Assembly (NCBI GenBank): GCA_041481445.1
Contig: JBGPBV010000016.1
Coordinates: 12,432-76,431 of the forward strand
Origin: Vicinamibacteria bacterium
GTDB taxonomy: Bacteria; Acidobacteriota; Vicinamibacteria; Fen-336
Direction of reading: 5' to 3'
Length of the DNA: 64,000 nucleotides
A program made the position numbers and the translations under genes. The notes under the pieces are model-generated. The model was not told where the DNA came from, ran no database searches, and worked only from the letters and a program-made list of their open reading frames with translations. Positions 26,527 to 37,612 of the stretch are shown piece by piece. Each line of letters starts with the position of its first letter. Position 1 is the first letter of the stretch.

Positions 26527-28208
26527 TCCTTCAGCACCTGGTGCACGAGGGCGATGGCCGTCGATCCCTCCCCCACCGCCGACGCCACCCGCTTCTGGTT
26601 GCCGCTGCGCACGTCGCCCACGGCGAAGACGCCGGGAAGGCTCGTCTCCAGGAGGTGCGGGGCCCTCGTCAGCGGCCACTCCGCCGTCCGCAGGTCGTCC
26701 GGCGAGAGATCGGGGCCCGTCTTGATGAATCCCTTGTCGTCGCGCGTGACGCAGTCCTCGAGCCAGCGCGTGGTGGGCTCCGCGCCCGTCATCACGAACA
26801 CGTGCCCGACGTCGTTTCGCTCCATCACCATCGTCTGGTTGTCGCGCCAGAGCACGGCCTCCAGACGATCGCCGCCCTCGAGGCTCACGATCTCCGCGCG
26901 TGTCCGGAGCTCGATGTTGGGGCTCTGCTCGATGCGGCGGATCAGGTAGCGCGACATGGTCTCCGCCAGCCCGGCCCCGCGCACGAGCATGGACACGCGC
27001 CGTACGGACGTGGAGAGGAACACGGCGGCCTGCCCCGCCGAGTTCCCGCCCCCCACGACCACCACCTCTTCTCCCTGGCAGAGCTGGGCTTCCATGGGGG
27101 TCGCGCCGTAATACACGCCCGCGCCCTCGAAGCGGGCCAGGTCGGCCACGGCCAGCTTCCGATAGGCAGCGCCGGTGGCGATCACGATGGTCCGCGCGGG
27201 CACCGTCGTCCCGTCCTCCAGCTCGATCGAGTAGGGCTTGCGCGTGCAACGAAGGGCCCGCGCCCCCTTGGCCACCGTCACCTGGGCCCCGAACTTCTGG
27301 GCCTGGCTGTACGCGCGCCCGGCCAGCTCCGCGCCCGAGATGCCCATGGGGAAGCCGAGGTAGTTCTCGATCCGAGAGCTCGAGCCCGCTTGCCCTCCGG
27401 GGGCCGTGGATTCGAGGACGAGGACGTCGAGACCTTCGGACGCGCCGTACACGGCCGCGGCCAGACCCGCCGGCCCCGCCCCCACGATGACGGTGTCGCG
27501 CACGTGGGCGTGGTCGATGGGCGCGTTGAGGCCGAGGCAGTCCGCGATCTGCTGGTTGGTCGGGTTGCGGAGGACGGTGCGGCCGCCGCAGATGAGCACG
27601 GGCACGTCCCCGACGCCGATGTGGAAGCGATCGAGGAACTCCTGCGCCTCCGCGTCCTGCTCGAGGTCGATGTACGAGATCGGATGCCCGTTGCGGGTGA
27701 GGAATTCCTTGATGCGGAGGGTGCCCGCGGAATGGCGCGAGCCCAGGAGGACCACGTCCGCGGAGCCGCGGGCGATCAGCTCCAGCCGGCGCAGGATGAA
27801 GGCCCGCATGAGAAGGTCGCTCAGCTCGCTGTCCGTCTGCACCAGCGCCATGAGCTGGGGGCGGTCCACCTCGATGACTTCCCCGCTCTCGCGCGCGCGC
27901 GTCCTGGCCAGACCGCGCCGGCCGGAGAGGATGGCCATCTCCCCCGTGAACGACCCGACTCCGTGCACCACGATGATCTCTTCGGCGTCGCCGACGCCCC
28001 TCACCGTCTCGACGCTGCCGGCGGTGATCACGAAGATCCGCGCGCTGTCGCCCTGCCCGAGAAGGATCTCGCCCGCCTCCACCCGCCGCACCCGCCCGTG
28101 CGCGGCCACCCGCGCGATCTGCGCCGGGGTCAGCCGGGGAAAGACGTGCTCGAGGGGAGAGTTGAGCCGGAGCGTCGTGGTGGCGCCGGCGGTCAGGGCG
28201 CTGGTCAT
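26523..28208 (-). CDS. cyclic-nucleotide-binding domain protein fused to degenerate glutaredoxin-like and thioredoxin-reductase-like (FAD/NAD(P)-binding) domains
   Basis: cNMP-binding beta-roll (GEILLGQGD...FTGEMAIL). Glutaredoxin-like segment with GSRHSAG in place of CPYC. TrxR-like fold (IVGAGPAGLAAAVY, VVVVGGGNSAG, GVFAVGD) where GATPMEAQLC replaces the CATC redox disulfide. Confidence 0.8.
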   Translation of the reverse strand: MTSALTAGATTTLRLNSPLEHVFPRLTPAQIARVAAHGRVRRVEAGEILLGQGDSARIFVITAGSVETVRGVGDAEEIIVVHGVGSFTGEMAILSGRRGLARTRARESGEVIEVDRPQLMALVQTDSELSDLLMRAFILRRLELIARGSADVVLLGSRHSAGTLRIKEFLTRNGHPISYIDLEQDAEAQEFLDRFHIGVGDVPVLICGGRTVLRNPTNQQIADCLGLNAPIDHAHVRDTVIVGAGPAGLAAAVYGASEGLDVLVLESTAPGGQAGSSSRIENYLGFPMGISGAELAGRAYSQAQKFGAQVTVAKGARALRCTRKPYSIELEDGTTVPARTIVIATGAAYRKLAVADLARFEGAGVYYGATPMEAQLCQGEEVVVVGGGNSAGQAAVFLSTSVRRVSMLVRGAGLAETMSRYLIRRIEQSPNIELRTRAEIVSLEGGDRLEAVLWRDNQTMVMERNDVGHVFVMTGAEPTTRWLEDCVTRDDKGFIKTGPDLSPDDLRTAEWPLTRAPHLLETSLPGVFAVGDVRSGNQKRVASAVGEGSTAIALVHQVLKE

Positions 28209-29131
28209 GGAGCGGGTGACGCGGAGGCGTCGTCGAGGAATGCCGTCAGCTCCGGGATCACCTTGGCCGGCGCCTCGTCGATGAGCCAGTGTCCGGACCC
28301 CGGAACGATGACGCCCTTGACGTTGGTCGCGGCCAGGCGTGTCTGGTCGATGAGCCCCTGTCCGGAGGCCTTCTCACCGGTCAGGACGAGGACCGGCATC
28401 GTGAGCGGCGTGCGAGCGAGTTGCGCGAAGTCCTGGGCGTCCTTCTCGAAGTTGCGGAAGTACTCGAAGCCGGCGCGCACGCCGCCGGGCTGGGCGAAGG
28501 CGGCAGCGTAGAGCCGGCGGTCGGCCTCCGAAACGGAATGGTTGCGGTCCGCGGCGAAGTCGTTCCAGAAGTGCTCGAGGTACGTCCGCTCGCGGCCCGT
28601 GACCAGGGCCAGCGGAGTCTCGCCGTAGAAGTGGAAATGCCAGAGGTCGCGCATCAGCCAGACGCTCTTCCAGTCCCCGATTCCGGGAAGGAAGGCGTCC
28701 ATCAACACGAGGCGGTCGGTGCCCGCCGGGAACTGCGCCGCGTACCCGTAGGCGACCATGAGGCCGATGTCGTGGCCGACCACGCTCACCCGATCGAAGC
28801 CAAGCGAGCGCGTGAGCTCGTGGACGTCCACGGCCATGCTCTTCTTGTCGTATCCGCCTTCCGGCTTGGCGGAGTCGCCGGCTCCCCTCAGGTCCGGCAC
28901 GATCACGGTGTGCCGCTGGGCCAGGAGCGGCATGATCGGCCGCCACATGAGTCCCGTCTGGGCGAACCCGTGCAGGAGGACCACGGCCGGGCCCTTGCCG
29001 CCGATCGAGTAGTGCAGCCGGACCCCGTTCACGTCCGCGAACCGCTCCGAGAATCCGGCGGTGGGCGCCGCCTTGGCGGCCGGCGCCGGTGCGGACGCGA
29101 GGAGGACGGCGACGGCCAGGCTCATGAGCAT
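28205..29131 (-). CDS. secreted alpha/beta hydrolase (epoxide-hydrolase / haloalkane-dehalogenase-like)
   Basis: Signal peptide. LLHGF and GHDIGLMVAYGYA nucleophile motif. The stop overlaps the downstream ATG (ATGA). Confidence 0.8.
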   Translation of the reverse strand: MLMSLAVAVLLASAPAPAAKAAPTAGFSERFADVNGVRLHYSIGGKGPAVVLLHGFAQTGLMWRPIMPLLAQRHTVIVPDLRGAGDSAKPEGGYDKKSMAVDVHELTRSLGFDRVSVVGHDIGLMVAYGYAAQFPAGTDRLVLMDAFLPGIGDWKSVWLMRDLWHFHFYGETPLALVTGRERTYLEHFWNDFAADRNHSVSEADRRLYAAAFAQPGGVRAGFEYFRNFEKDAQDFAQLARTPLTMPVLVLTGEKASGQGLIDQTRLAATNVKGVIVPGSGHWLIDEAPAKVIPELTAFLDDASASPAP

Positions 29132-29288
29132 CTTGTGGCCCTCTCACGGCACCGCAGGCTGCGGGTGCAGGCAGGAAGCGTAGCGCCCCCACCGCCCGAA
29201 ATCGTCCCCTCATCCAGGGGTTGTGGGGTACCACGATGGATCCATGGGGGACTACCACCATCGTGGTACCTCGAGGTTTCCGAGGCGG

Positions 29289-30122
29289 CTATGACTTGAG
29301 GAACGCCAGCAGGTCGGCGTTGATGGTGTCGGCCTCGGTCGTGGGCATGCCGTGCGGAAAGCCCTTGTAGGTTTTCAGCGTGCCGTTCCTCAGCAACTTT
29401 GCCGACAGTGGTGCCGAATCGGCATAGGGCACGATCTGGTCGTCATCGCCATGCATCACCAGGACGGGCACGGTGATCTTCTTCAGGTCTTCGGTGAAGT
29501 CCGTCTGGGAGAAGGCGACGATGCCGTCGTAGTGCGCCTTTGCGCCTCCCATCATGCCCTGGCGCCACCAATTCCAGATCACGCCCGGAGAGGGTTTCAC
29601 TCCAGGCCGGTTGTAACCGTAGAACGGTCCAGCCGGCAGATCGTAATAGAACTGGGCTCGGCTGGCGGCGAGCTGTGCCTGAAGCCCGTCGAACACGTCC
29701 TTGGGCAGCCCGCCGGGATTGGCCGGCGTCTTGACCATCAGCGGCGGCACCGCGCTGATGATCACCGCTTTTGCCACCCGGCTTTCGCCGTGGCGGGCCA
29801 GGTAGTGCACCACTTCGCCGCCGCCGGTCGAGTGGCCGACGTGCACTGCCCCCTTGAGGTCGAGATGTGCGGTCAGCGCCGCCAAGTCGTCGGCGTAATG
29901 ATCCATGTCATGCCCGCCACCGGTCTGGCTGGAGCGGCCATGGCCGCGCCGGTCATGGGCGATGACGCGATAGCCGTGCGCGAGGAAGAACAGCATCTGC
30001 GCGTCCCAATCATCCGCGCTCAGCGGCCAGCCGTGGCTGAAGACGACGGGCTGCCCCTTGCCCCAGTCCTTGTAGTAGATCTGCGTGCCGTCCGTGGTCG
30101 TGATCGTCGACACGTCGTTCAT
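29289..30122 (-). CDS. alpha/beta hydrolase of the non-heme haloperoxidase/esterase family
   Basis: ATG at 30122 ([21 protein letters not shown]). VFSHGWPLS and GHSTGGGEV motifs. Confidence 0.8.
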   Translation of the reverse strand: MNDVSTITTTDGTQIYYKDWGKGQPVVFSHGWPLSADDWDAQMLFFLAHGYRVIAHDRRGHGRSSQTGGGHDMDHYADDLAALTAHLDLKGAVHVGHSTGGGEVVHYLARHGESRVAKAVIISAVPPLMVKTPANPGGLPKDVFDGLQAQLAASRAQFYYDLPAGPFYGYNRPGVKPSPGVIWNWWRQGMMGGAKAHYDGIVAFSQTDFTEDLKKITVPVLVMHGDDDQIVPYADSAPLSAKLLRNGTLKTYKGFPHGMPTTEADTINADLLAFLKS

Positions 30123-30126
30123 GGCG

Positions 30127-30297
30127 TCATTCCTCCTCGCTGCACGCGGCAGCCGTCTTGACCAGCGCTTTGGCACCGTCCGAACGGCTCACGTAGTTCA
30201 CGACGACGGCAATCCCGTCCGCGGCCAGGCGCTTGGCCACGGAGGAGCCGATGCCCCCGGACGCGCCGGTGACGATTGCGACTCTCGCATCACTCAT
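30127..30297 (-). pseudogene. N-terminal fragment of a short-chain dehydrogenase/reductase (SDR)
   Basis: MSDARVAIVTGASGGIGSSVAKRLAADGIAVVVNY... Rossmann segment runs into a stop after about 57 codons, 4 nt before the next gene start. Confidence 0.5.
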
Positions 30298-30334
30298 GAG
30301 ACCGCGTCCTCCTGAGTGATCAAGGTAGCGATCC

Positions 30335-30430
30335 GGTGCGCCAGGGCGCATCACGGCATCGAGGGCTTTTGCCCTAACACCCTGGATGGAACGCGGGATT
30401 ACTCGATGGTGGTACCGCGCTCGTCTAGGA
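30335..30430. repeat. intergenic cassette G (paralog of F) upstream of the SDR fragment and haloperoxidase-like hydrolase
   Basis: Shares a 30-mer at about 27/30 identity with F, followed by GGATGGAACG and GATGGTGGTACC. Confidence 0.5.
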
Positions 30431-30685
30431 CTTGGTCGCGGAGGCCGGGACAGGATCTGCGGGCTTCGTACCGCTCCGACGCGCAGGCGCCCACACGGAC
30501 GCGCCGACGGTCGCGAGCAGCACGACGCCGATCACGACGATCGACTGGAGGGGGCTGATGTGGATCCAGTCGCTGGCCAGCATCTTCCCGGCCGTGAAGA
30601 GCAGGACGACGGCCAGGCACTGGCGCAGGAAGCGCAGGCGGGTCAGGGTGTCGGCGAGAACGAAGTAGATCGAACGCAGTCCGCG

Positions 30686-32341
30686 TCAGACGCCGGCCGA
30701 CTCCAGGGCCCGGCCCACGATGGCCTGCGCCTCGCTCAAGATCGCGTCGAGGTGGGCCTGGCTCCGGAAGCTCTCCGCGTAGATCTTGTACAGGTTCTCC
30801 GTACCGGAGGGGCGGGCCGCGAACCAGCCGCTGGGGGCGACCACCTTCAGGCCGCCGATCGGCGCGTCGTTGCCGGGAGCGCGCGTCAGCTTGGCCGTGA
30901 TCGGCTCGCCCGCGAGCATCGAGTCCTTGACCGCCTCCGGCGACAGCTTCTCCAGGGTGGCCTTCTGCGCGGGGGTGGCCGGAGCATCGATGCGCGCGTA
31001 GTACGGCGTCCCGAACTCCTCGGTCAGCGCGCGATAGCGCTCGCCGGGGTCCCGGCCCGTCCGCGCCGTGATCTCCGCGGCGAGCAGGGCCATGATCAGC
31101 CCGTCCTTGTCCGTGGCCCAGGCCGTGCCGTCCTGCCGGAGGAAGCTCGCCCCGGCGCTCTCCTCGCCGCCAAAGCAGTACGAGCCGTCGAACAGATGCG
31201 GCCCCAGCCACTTGAATCCGACCGGCACCTCGGACAGGCGCCGGCCGAGCTTCGCCACCACGCGGTCGATCATGCCGCTGCTCACGAGCGTCTTCCCCAC
31301 CGCCGCCCGCGCCGGCCATGACGGCCGATGGGTCAGCAGGTACTCGATGGCGACGGCCAGGTAATGGTTCGGGTTCATCAGACCCGCGCCGGGAGTCACG
31401 ATGCCGTGCCGATCGGCGTCGGGATCGTTGGCGAACGCAAGCCGGTACCGATCCTTGAGGCCGACCAGCCGGGCCATGGCGTACGGACTGGACGGGTCCA
31501 TGCGGATCCGGCCATCGTGATCCACGGTCATGAAGGAGAACGTCGGGTCGATCGCCGGGTTGACCACCGTGATGTCCAGCCCATAGATGGAATTGATCGG
31601 CTCCCAGTACGGCAGCGACGCGCCGCCAAGAGGATCGACCCCGAGCGCCAGCTCGGCCCCGCGGATGGCGTCCATGTCCACGACGTTGCGAAGGTCGCGG
31701 ACGTACGGCAGCACGAAGTCGGCCTCCTGGGTCGTGTCCGCCCGCATGGCCTCCGCGAACCCGATTCTCCTCACGCCGGCGTTGCCTTCGCGCAGCAGCG
31801 CGTTGGCGCGGTCCTGTATCCAGCGGGTGGCGCCGGTGTCGGCCGGCCCGCCGTCGGTCGGGTTGTACTTGAAGCCGCCGTCTTCCGGCGGATTGTGCGA
31901 GGGGGTCACCACGATCCCGTCCGCGAGGCCTGACGTGCGCCCGCGGTTGTACACGAGGATGGCCCGCGAGATCACCGGCGTCGGCGTCACACCGTCGTCC
32001 GGCTGGATGATGGTGGACACGCCGTTGGCAGCCAGGACCTCCAGCGCCGTGCGCTGCGCCGGCCCCGAGAGCGCGTGCGTGTCCTTGCCCATGTGGAGCG
32101 GCCCGTCGGTGCCCTGGCCTCGCCGGTAGTCGCAGATGGCCTGGGTGACGGCGAGGATGTGCGCTTCCGTGAACGAGCCGCGCAGCGACGAGCCCCGGTG
32201 CCCGCTGGTCCCGAAGGCGACGAGCTCGCGCGGATCGCTCACGTCCGGCGTACGCTCGTAGTACGCGCGTACGAGCCGCACCGGGTCCATCAGCAGCTCC
32301 TTCGGGGCGGGCCGGCCGGCCAGCGGGGAGATCGCGCTCAT
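30686..32341 (-). CDS. pgm: phosphoglucomutase, alpha-D-glucose-phosphate specific
   Basis: 551 aa collinear with E. coli-type Pgm. Active-site TSGHRGSS, metal loop DPDADR, sugar-binding GEESAG. Confidence 0.9.
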   Translation of the reverse strand: MSAISPLAGRPAPKELLMDPVRLVRAYYERTPDVSDPRELVAFGTSGHRGSSLRGSFTEAHILAVTQAICDYRRGQGTDGPLHMGKDTHALSGPAQRTALEVLAANGVSTIIQPDDGVTPTPVISRAILVYNRGRTSGLADGIVVTPSHNPPEDGGFKYNPTDGGPADTGATRWIQDRANALLREGNAGVRRIGFAEAMRADTTQEADFVLPYVRDLRNVVDMDAIRGAELALGVDPLGGASLPYWEPINSIYGLDITVVNPAIDPTFSFMTVDHDGRIRMDPSSPYAMARLVGLKDRYRLAFANDPDADRHGIVTPGAGLMNPNHYLAVAIEYLLTHRPSWPARAAVGKTLVSSGMIDRVVAKLGRRLSEVPVGFKWLGPHLFDGSYCFGGEESAGASFLRQDGTAWATDKDGLIMALLAAEITARTGRDPGERYRALTEEFGTPYYARIDAPATPAQKATLEKLSPEAVKDSMLAGEPITAKLTRAPGNDAPIGGLKVVAPSGWFAARPSGTENLYKIYAESFRSQAHLDAILSEAQAIVGRALESAGV

Positions 32342-32348
32342 GGCGACA

Positions 32349-34826
32349 TCATGGCACCGGGCACGGCGTGACGTTCCAGATCTCGGCCGCGTACTCCGCG
32401 ATGGCGCGGTCGGACGAGAACCGGCCCGACCCCGCCACGTTCAGGATGGCCCGGCGCGTCCATTCCTCGGGGGTGGCCCAGAGCGCGGCCAGCCGCCGGT
32501 CGGCCTCCAGGTACGACGCGAGGTCGGCGAGGTGCATGTAGGGCTCGCCGCGGAGGAGGAGGCCGTCGCGCATTGGTGCGAAGAGGCCGCGCTCACCGGG
32601 GCTGAAGTGGTCGGAGGCGATGAGGTCGAGGGCCGCCCGCGTTTCCGGCTCCCGGTCGTAGTGCCAGCGCGGGTCGTACCAGTCGCGGCTGGCCGCGACC
32701 TGCGACGCGGTCAGGCCGAAGAGGAAGAAGTTCTCCTCGCCCGCCTCCTCCGCCATCTCGATGGTGGCGCCGTCGCGGGTGCCGATGGTCAGGGCGCCGT
32801 TCATCATGAACTTCATGTTGCTGGTGCCGCTGGCCTCGTACCCCGCGGTGGAGATCTGGTTGGAGACGTCGGAGGCCGGGATCAGCCGCTCCGCCAGCGA
32901 CACCGAGTAATCGGGGAGGAACACGACCTTGAGCCGGCCGCGCACGGCGGGGTCGCCGTCGATGGTGGCGGCCAGGTTGTTGATGAACTTGATGTTGAGT
33001 TTCGCGGTGTGATACGCGGGCGCCGCCTTGCCCCCGAAGAGGAACGTCCGCGGGGCCATCTCTCGATTCGGTTCCTCTCGCAGGCGGTTGTAGAGGACGA
33101 CGATGCGCAGCGCGTTGAGGAGCTGCCGCTTGTATTCGTGGATGCGCTTGACGTGGCAGTCGAAGACCGAGTCCGGGTCCACCTTCAGTCCGTGCTGCGA
33201 GGTGAGCCAGCCCGCGAAGCGCGCCTTCGCTTCGCGCTTGGCGCGGCGGAAGTCCTCCCGGAAGCCGGGGTCGTCGGCCAGGGGCGAGAGCTTGCGCAGC
33301 TCGCCCAGCTCGGTCGTCCAGCCCTCGCCGATGGCGCCGGTTATGGCGCGAGAGAGGGCCGGGTTGGCCAGCCGCAGCCAGCGCCGCGGCGTGACGCCGT
33401 TGGTCTTGTTGCCGAAGCGCTCGGGGAACATCTCGGCCAGGTCGCGGACGGTCGTCGTGCGCAGGAGGGTGGAGTGGATCGCGGCCACGCCGTTGGTGCT
33501 GTGCGAGCCCACCACGGCCAGGTTGGCCATGCGGACGTGCTTGCCGGCGCCTTCCTCGACCAGGCTGATCCGGGCCACGCGCCCCTCGTCGCCGGGGAAC
33601 CGAGCCCCCACGTCGTCGAGGAGCCGCCGGTTGATCTCGAAGACGATCTCGAGGTGGCGCGGCAGCATCAACTCGAACCACGCCAGCGGCCATTTCTCGA
33701 GCGCCTCCGGCAGGAGGGTGTGGTTCGTGTAGCCGAGCGTCCGCTTGGTGATGTCCCAGGCGTCGTCCCAACCCAGGCCGGCTTCGTCGAGGAGGATGCG
33801 CATCAGCTCGGGCACGGCCAGGGCCGGATGCGTGTCGTTGAGCTGGATGGCCGCCTTGTCCGGAAGCGCGGCCCAGTCCGCGTTGCCACGCCGGAAACGG
33901 CGCACGAGGTCGCCCAGAGAGCAGGCCACGAGGAAGTACTCCTGCAGGAAGCGCAGGCCCCTTCCCTGGGTGGTGGAATCGTCGGGATAGAGCACACGCG
34001 TGAGCGACTCGGCGGTGAGCGTCTCCGCCAGCGCCCCCACGAAGTCGCCGCGGCTGAATTGCTGGAAGTCGAAGTAGTCGGGGGTCCCCGCCATCCACAG
34101 CCGGAGCGTGTTGATGTTCTTTCCTCCGTAACCGACGACGGGGCGGTCGTAGGGGATCCCGAGCAGCGTCGACGGCCGGCCCACGATGGGGCGGAGCTCG
34201 CCCGCGCGCAGCTCGAACGAGCAGCCCAGCCGCACCTCGACCGCTTCCTCCGGCCGCACCACGCCCCAGGGGTCCGGCCGGCGCAGCCAGTTGTCCGGCT
34301 GCTCGAGCTGCCAGCCGTCGCGGATCGTCTGCTTGAAGATCCCGTACTGGTAGCAGAGGCCGTAGCCGATGGCCGGGAGCTGCCGGGTGGCCATCGATTC
34401 CATGTAGCACGCGGCCAGCCGGCCCAATCCGCCGTTGCCCAGCCCGGCGTCCGGCTCCTCCTCGAGCAGCGCCGTCCAGTCGAGCTTCCTCTCGGAGACC
34501 GCCTCGCCGATGACGGGATCGAGGAGGAGGTTCTGCACGTTGTGGGCGAGGGAGCGCCCGATGAGGTACTCCATCGAGAGGTAGTAGATGCGCTTGGCGT
34601 TCGCGAGCTCGTAGGTCTTCTCCGTGCGCACCCAGCGCTGGGACAGGATGTCACGCACCGAGCGGGCGAAGGCCTCGAAGCGCTGGCGAGGGTCCGCCGT
34701 GGCCGGATCGATCACGTCGTCGAAGAGGAGGTGGCGCTCGTAGAGCGCGTGGTCGGCCCCCGTGAGCGCCACCGGGCCGCATCCGTAGCGCTCGGCGAGG
34801 TCGGGGGCGGGCCTGACGCCGCTCAC
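32349..34826 (-). CDS. glgP: glycogen/maltodextrin phosphorylase (GT35)
   Basis: About 825 aa. PLP-site region [28 protein letters not shown] and many family blocks. GTG start at 34826 overlaps the zwf stop (GTGA). The upstream part of the ORF is artefact. Confidence 0.9.
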   Translation of the reverse strand: MSGVRPAPDLAERYGCGPVALTGADHALYERHLLFDDVIDPATADPRQRFEAFARSVRDILSQRWVRTEKTYELANAKRIYYLSMEYLIGRSLAHNVQNLLLDPVIGEAVSERKLDWTALLEEEPDAGLGNGGLGRLAACYMESMATRQLPAIGYGLCYQYGIFKQTIRDGWQLEQPDNWLRRPDPWGVVRPEEAVEVRLGCSFELRAGELRPIVGRPSTLLGIPYDRPVVGYGGKNINTLRLWMAGTPDYFDFQQFSRGDFVGALAETLTAESLTRVLYPDDSTTQGRGLRFLQEYFLVACSLGDLVRRFRRGNADWAALPDKAAIQLNDTHPALAVPELMRILLDEAGLGWDDAWDITKRTLGYTNHTLLPEALEKWPLAWFELMLPRHLEIVFEINRRLLDDVGARFPGDEGRVARISLVEEGAGKHVRMANLAVVGSHSTNGVAAIHSTLLRTTTVRDLAEMFPERFGNKTNGVTPRRWLRLANPALSRAITGAIGEGWTTELGELRKLSPLADDPGFREDFRRAKREAKARFAGWLTSQHGLKVDPDSVFDCHVKRIHEYKRQLLNALRIVVLYNRLREEPNREMAPRTFLFGGKAAPAYHTAKLNIKFINNLAATIDGDPAVRGRLKVVFLPDYSVSLAERLIPASDVSNQISTAGYEASGTSNMKFMMNGALTIGTRDGATIEMAEEAGEENFFLFGLTASQVAASRDWYDPRWHYDREPETRAALDLIASDHFSPGERGLFAPMRDGLLLRGEPYMHLADLASYLEADRRLAALWATPEEWTRRAILNVAGSGRFSSDRAIAEYAAEIWNVTPCPVP

Positions 34827-36178
34827 GACGCCACCGCGGGATCCTGCCAGCCTCCGGGCGGCGTCACGCTGGGTGAGGTGGGGCCCCAGGTGCCCGGGTC
34901 GTATTCGGTGGGAGCCGTCGTGGGCCTCAGCACCGGCTCGACGATGCGCCACGCCTCCTCGACGTAGTCCTCTCGCGCGAAGAAGGTGGCGTCTCCCGCC
35001 AGCGCGTCCCCGAGCAACCGCTCGTAGGCGTCCATCTCTTCCGGACCCGGGTGGTGGCTGGCCAGCATCTCCACGACCTCGCTCCCGCCTTCCTGCCCCG
35101 AAGGGATCGCGTTGGCACCGATCGCGATCGTGATGTCGGGGCTGATGCGCATCCGGCAGTAGTTCGCCTTCAGGGGGAAGTCCGCGAACATCGTCGGGGG
35201 CTGCCGCCAGCGGACGACGATCTCCGTGCAGGTCACGGGAAGGCACTTGCCGGCACGGAGGTAGATCGGGACGCCCTTCCATCGCCAGGAGTCGACCTCG
35301 AGCCGCAGGGCCGAGAACGTCTCGACCCGGGAATCACTGGCCACGCCCGGCTCGGAGCGATACCCGCGGAACTGGCCGCGCACGACTCGCGCCGGATCGA
35401 GAGGAGGGACGCCCTTGAGCAGCCGCACCTTCTCGTCCCGGATCGACTCGCTGTCCGTCCGGATCGGCGGGTCCATGGTGAGGTTGGTAAGGAGCTGGAA
35501 GAGGTGGTTCTCCACGACGTCGCGGATGGCGCCGGCCTCCTCGTAGAAGACGCCCCGCCCCTGCACGCCGAAGCTCTCCGCCATCGTGACCTGCACGCTC
35601 TCGACGTGGCCGCGGTTCCAGACCGGCTCCAGGAACGCGTTCGCGAAGCGGAAGAAGAGCATGTTCTGGACCGGCGCCTTGCCCAGGTAGTGGTCGATGC
35701 GGAAGATCGACTTCTCGGGGAAGCAGCGGAGCAGGATGGCGTTGAGCTCTCGCGCCGAGGCCAGGTCGCGGCCGAAGGGCTTCTCGACGATGACGCGGGC
35801 GCCTTCGAGGCAGCCCTTACGGTTGAGCTGATCCACCACGACACCGAACTGTGATGGCGGAATGGCGAGGTAATAGGCGGGACGCTGCGCGGAGCCGAGC
35901 TGCCGGCGAATGGCCTGGAACGTGGCGGGGTCTCCGTAGTCGCCGCGGACGTAGCGGAGGAGTCGGGACAGCTTCTCGAACGCGGCCGGATCGACGCCGC
36001 CGTGCCTCACCAGGCTCTCCCGAAACCTGGGCTGGAACTCTTCGACCGGCCGCCGGCCGATGCCGATGACCGGCACGTCGAGGCGGCCCCGCTTCACCAT
36101 CGCCTGCAGCGCCGGGAAGATCTTCTTGTAGGCGAGATCCCCGGTCGCGCCGAAGAAGACGAGCGCGTCGGACTTCAC
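34823..36178 (-). CDS. zwf: glucose-6-phosphate 1-dehydrogenase
   Basis: NADP site [15 protein letters not shown] signature and EKPFGRD motif. Confidence 0.9.
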   Translation of the reverse strand: MKSDALVFFGATGDLAYKKIFPALQAMVKRGRLDVPVIGIGRRPVEEFQPRFRESLVRHGGVDPAAFEKLSRLLRYVRGDYGDPATFQAIRRQLGSAQRPAYYLAIPPSQFGVVVDQLNRKGCLEGARVIVEKPFGRDLASARELNAILLRCFPEKSIFRIDHYLGKAPVQNMLFFRFANAFLEPVWNRGHVESVQVTMAESFGVQGRGVFYEEAGAIRDVVENHLFQLLTNLTMDPPIRTDSESIRDEKVRLLKGVPPLDPARVVRGQFRGYRSEPGVASDSRVETFSALRLEVDSWRWKGVPIYLRAGKCLPVTCTEIVVRWRQPPTMFADFPLKANYCRMRISPDITIAIGANAIPSGQEGGSEVVEMLASHHPGPEEMDAYERLLGDALAGDATFFAREDYVEEAWRIVEPVLRPTTAPTEYDPGTWGPTSPSVTPPGGWQDPAVAS

Positions 36179-36834
36179 CGCGCTCCCCCGCCGCGCTCGG
36201 AGATGCCGATCGTCACCCGGATGGGATCGACGGTCGAAACCGTGGTCATCACCGACTGCGTGTTGACGAGGTCACCCACCTGCGTGCGGGCGATCCCCAC
36301 GATGCCCTCGATGGGCGAGGTCGCCCTCGTCCAGCCGAGGTTGAGCGCGGACTGGTCGACCGCCGCCCGCGCCGCCGCCAGCCCTCCGCGCGCGTCTTGC
36401 TCGGCCGCCACCGCGTTGTCGAGCTCCTGCTGGCTGATCGCCCGCTGGGCGGCCAGCGGAGTGAAACGCTCGACGTCCCGCCTGGCTTTCGAGAGCTGCG
36501 CCTCCGCGCGGGCCAGGGTGCCGCGCGCCTGCTCCAGGGCGGCCCGGAACTGGCGGGGGTCGATCTCGAACAGGGGATCGTCGCGACGGACGAATTGCCC
36601 CTCCTTGTAGAACTCCCGGAGGAGGTACCCCTCGACCTTGGGCCGGATGTCCGCGTTCACGGACCCGTCGAGGGTGCCGATCCACTCCCCCACCACGGGC
36701 ACGTCCATCTGCGCGACGGGTACGACCAGGACGTCGACGGGACGAGGGGCGGGCGCGGGCTTCCGCGCGCAGGCGGAGGCGAGCAGGAATGGCATCAGCA
36801 CCGGCGCGAGACCGCGGCCGAGGAGGGATCTCAC
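36175..36834 (-). CDS. truncated efflux-transporter periplasmic adaptor (MFP/HlyD-family) lipoprotein
   Basis: GTG start at 36834 gives a lipoprotein signal ([22 protein letters not shown]). Coiled-coil and lipoyl MFP region. Ends after about 219 aa inside the beta-barrel domain. The stop overlaps the zwf ATG (ATGA). Confidence 0.55.
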   Translation of the reverse strand: MRSLLGRGLAPVLMPFLLASACARKPAPAPRPVDVLVVPVAQMDVPVVGEWIGTLDGSVNADIRPKVEGYLLREFYKEGQFVRRDDPLFEIDPRQFRAALEQARGTLARAEAQLSKARRDVERFTPLAAQRAISQQELDNAVAAEQDARGGLAAARAAVDQSALNLGWTRATSPIEGIVGIARTQVGDLVNTQSVMTTVSTVDPIRVTIGISERGGGAR

Positions 36835-36836
36835 GC

Positions 36837-37088
36837 CTACTGCTCGTAATTCTCGACGACCTTCGGCGGTCGCACGCGGGCCTCGCCCGGATCGCGGCCG
36901 GCGTCGCGGAGCGCCTGGCGCTGGCGCAACAGGTCCCAGCATTGATCCAGCTCGACCTTGATCTCGTGCAGGCGGGCGCGGTCCCCGTCGTCGAGCGATC
37001 CCTGCCCGTAGAGCCGGTGCTCGTCGGCGACGAGCCGTTCGATGCGCCCCCGCACGGGCTCGTCCGTCTTGCCCTCGGGCATGGTCAT
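36837..37088 (-). CDS. DUF2630-family small protein
   Basis: 83 aa. EHRLYGQGSLDDGDRARLHEIKVELDQCWDLLRQRQALRDAG matches the DUF2630 family as I recall it. Confidence 0.65.
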   Translation of the reverse strand: MTMPEGKTDEPVRGRIERLVADEHRLYGQGSLDDGDRARLHEIKVELDQCWDLLRQRQALRDAGRDPGEARVRPPKVVENYEQ

Positions 37089-37612
37089 CGACCTGCCCCG
37101 TCGGCTCCGATCCGTTCCGCACGGAACCGGATCGCGGCGACGATGGCGAGCACGATGAACAACACGAGGACGATGCCCTGGGACACCACGAACGGCGGCT
37201 CCGTCTGCTTCGGGGCCAGCGCCCTGAGCGCGGGAATCTTGAGGAACGACTGCACCACCCCGACGAAGACGTTCAGGTAGAGGGCCAGCGCGGCGCCGAC
37301 CACGTAGACGTGACGCCAGGCCCCGTGGAGGCGGAAGGCGTAGCGCGCCGCGATGGCGATGGCAAGCACCACCAGCGAGATGAAGCCGACGATGTGGGAC
37401 GGAAGCAGGTGTTCGAACGGGAACCCGAAGCCAGTGACGCTGGTGGCCACCGTCGTGGCCAGGAACAGGGCGGTCCAGCCCTCGAGCCGCCTGGCGGTGA
37501 CCAGGCCGAACAGGACCACCAGCCCCGATCCGATGCCGACCAGGCTGATCAGCACGTGCACCAACGTGTAGGTCGCGAGCGACATCCCGAACACGGTCTC
37601 CGGCGAGCTCAT
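37085..37612 (-). CDS. small integral membrane protein (4 TM), hypothetical
   Basis: Hydrophobic helices. Its stop overlaps the DUF2630 ATG. Confidence 0.6.
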   Translation of the reverse strand: MSSPETVFGMSLATYTLVHVLISLVGIGSGLVVLFGLVTARRLEGWTALFLATTVATSVTGFGFPFEHLLPSHIVGFISLVVLAIAIAARYAFRLHGAWRHVYVVGAALALYLNVFVGVVQSFLKIPALRALAPKQTEPPFVVSQGIVLVLFIVLAIVAAIRFRAERIGADGAGR

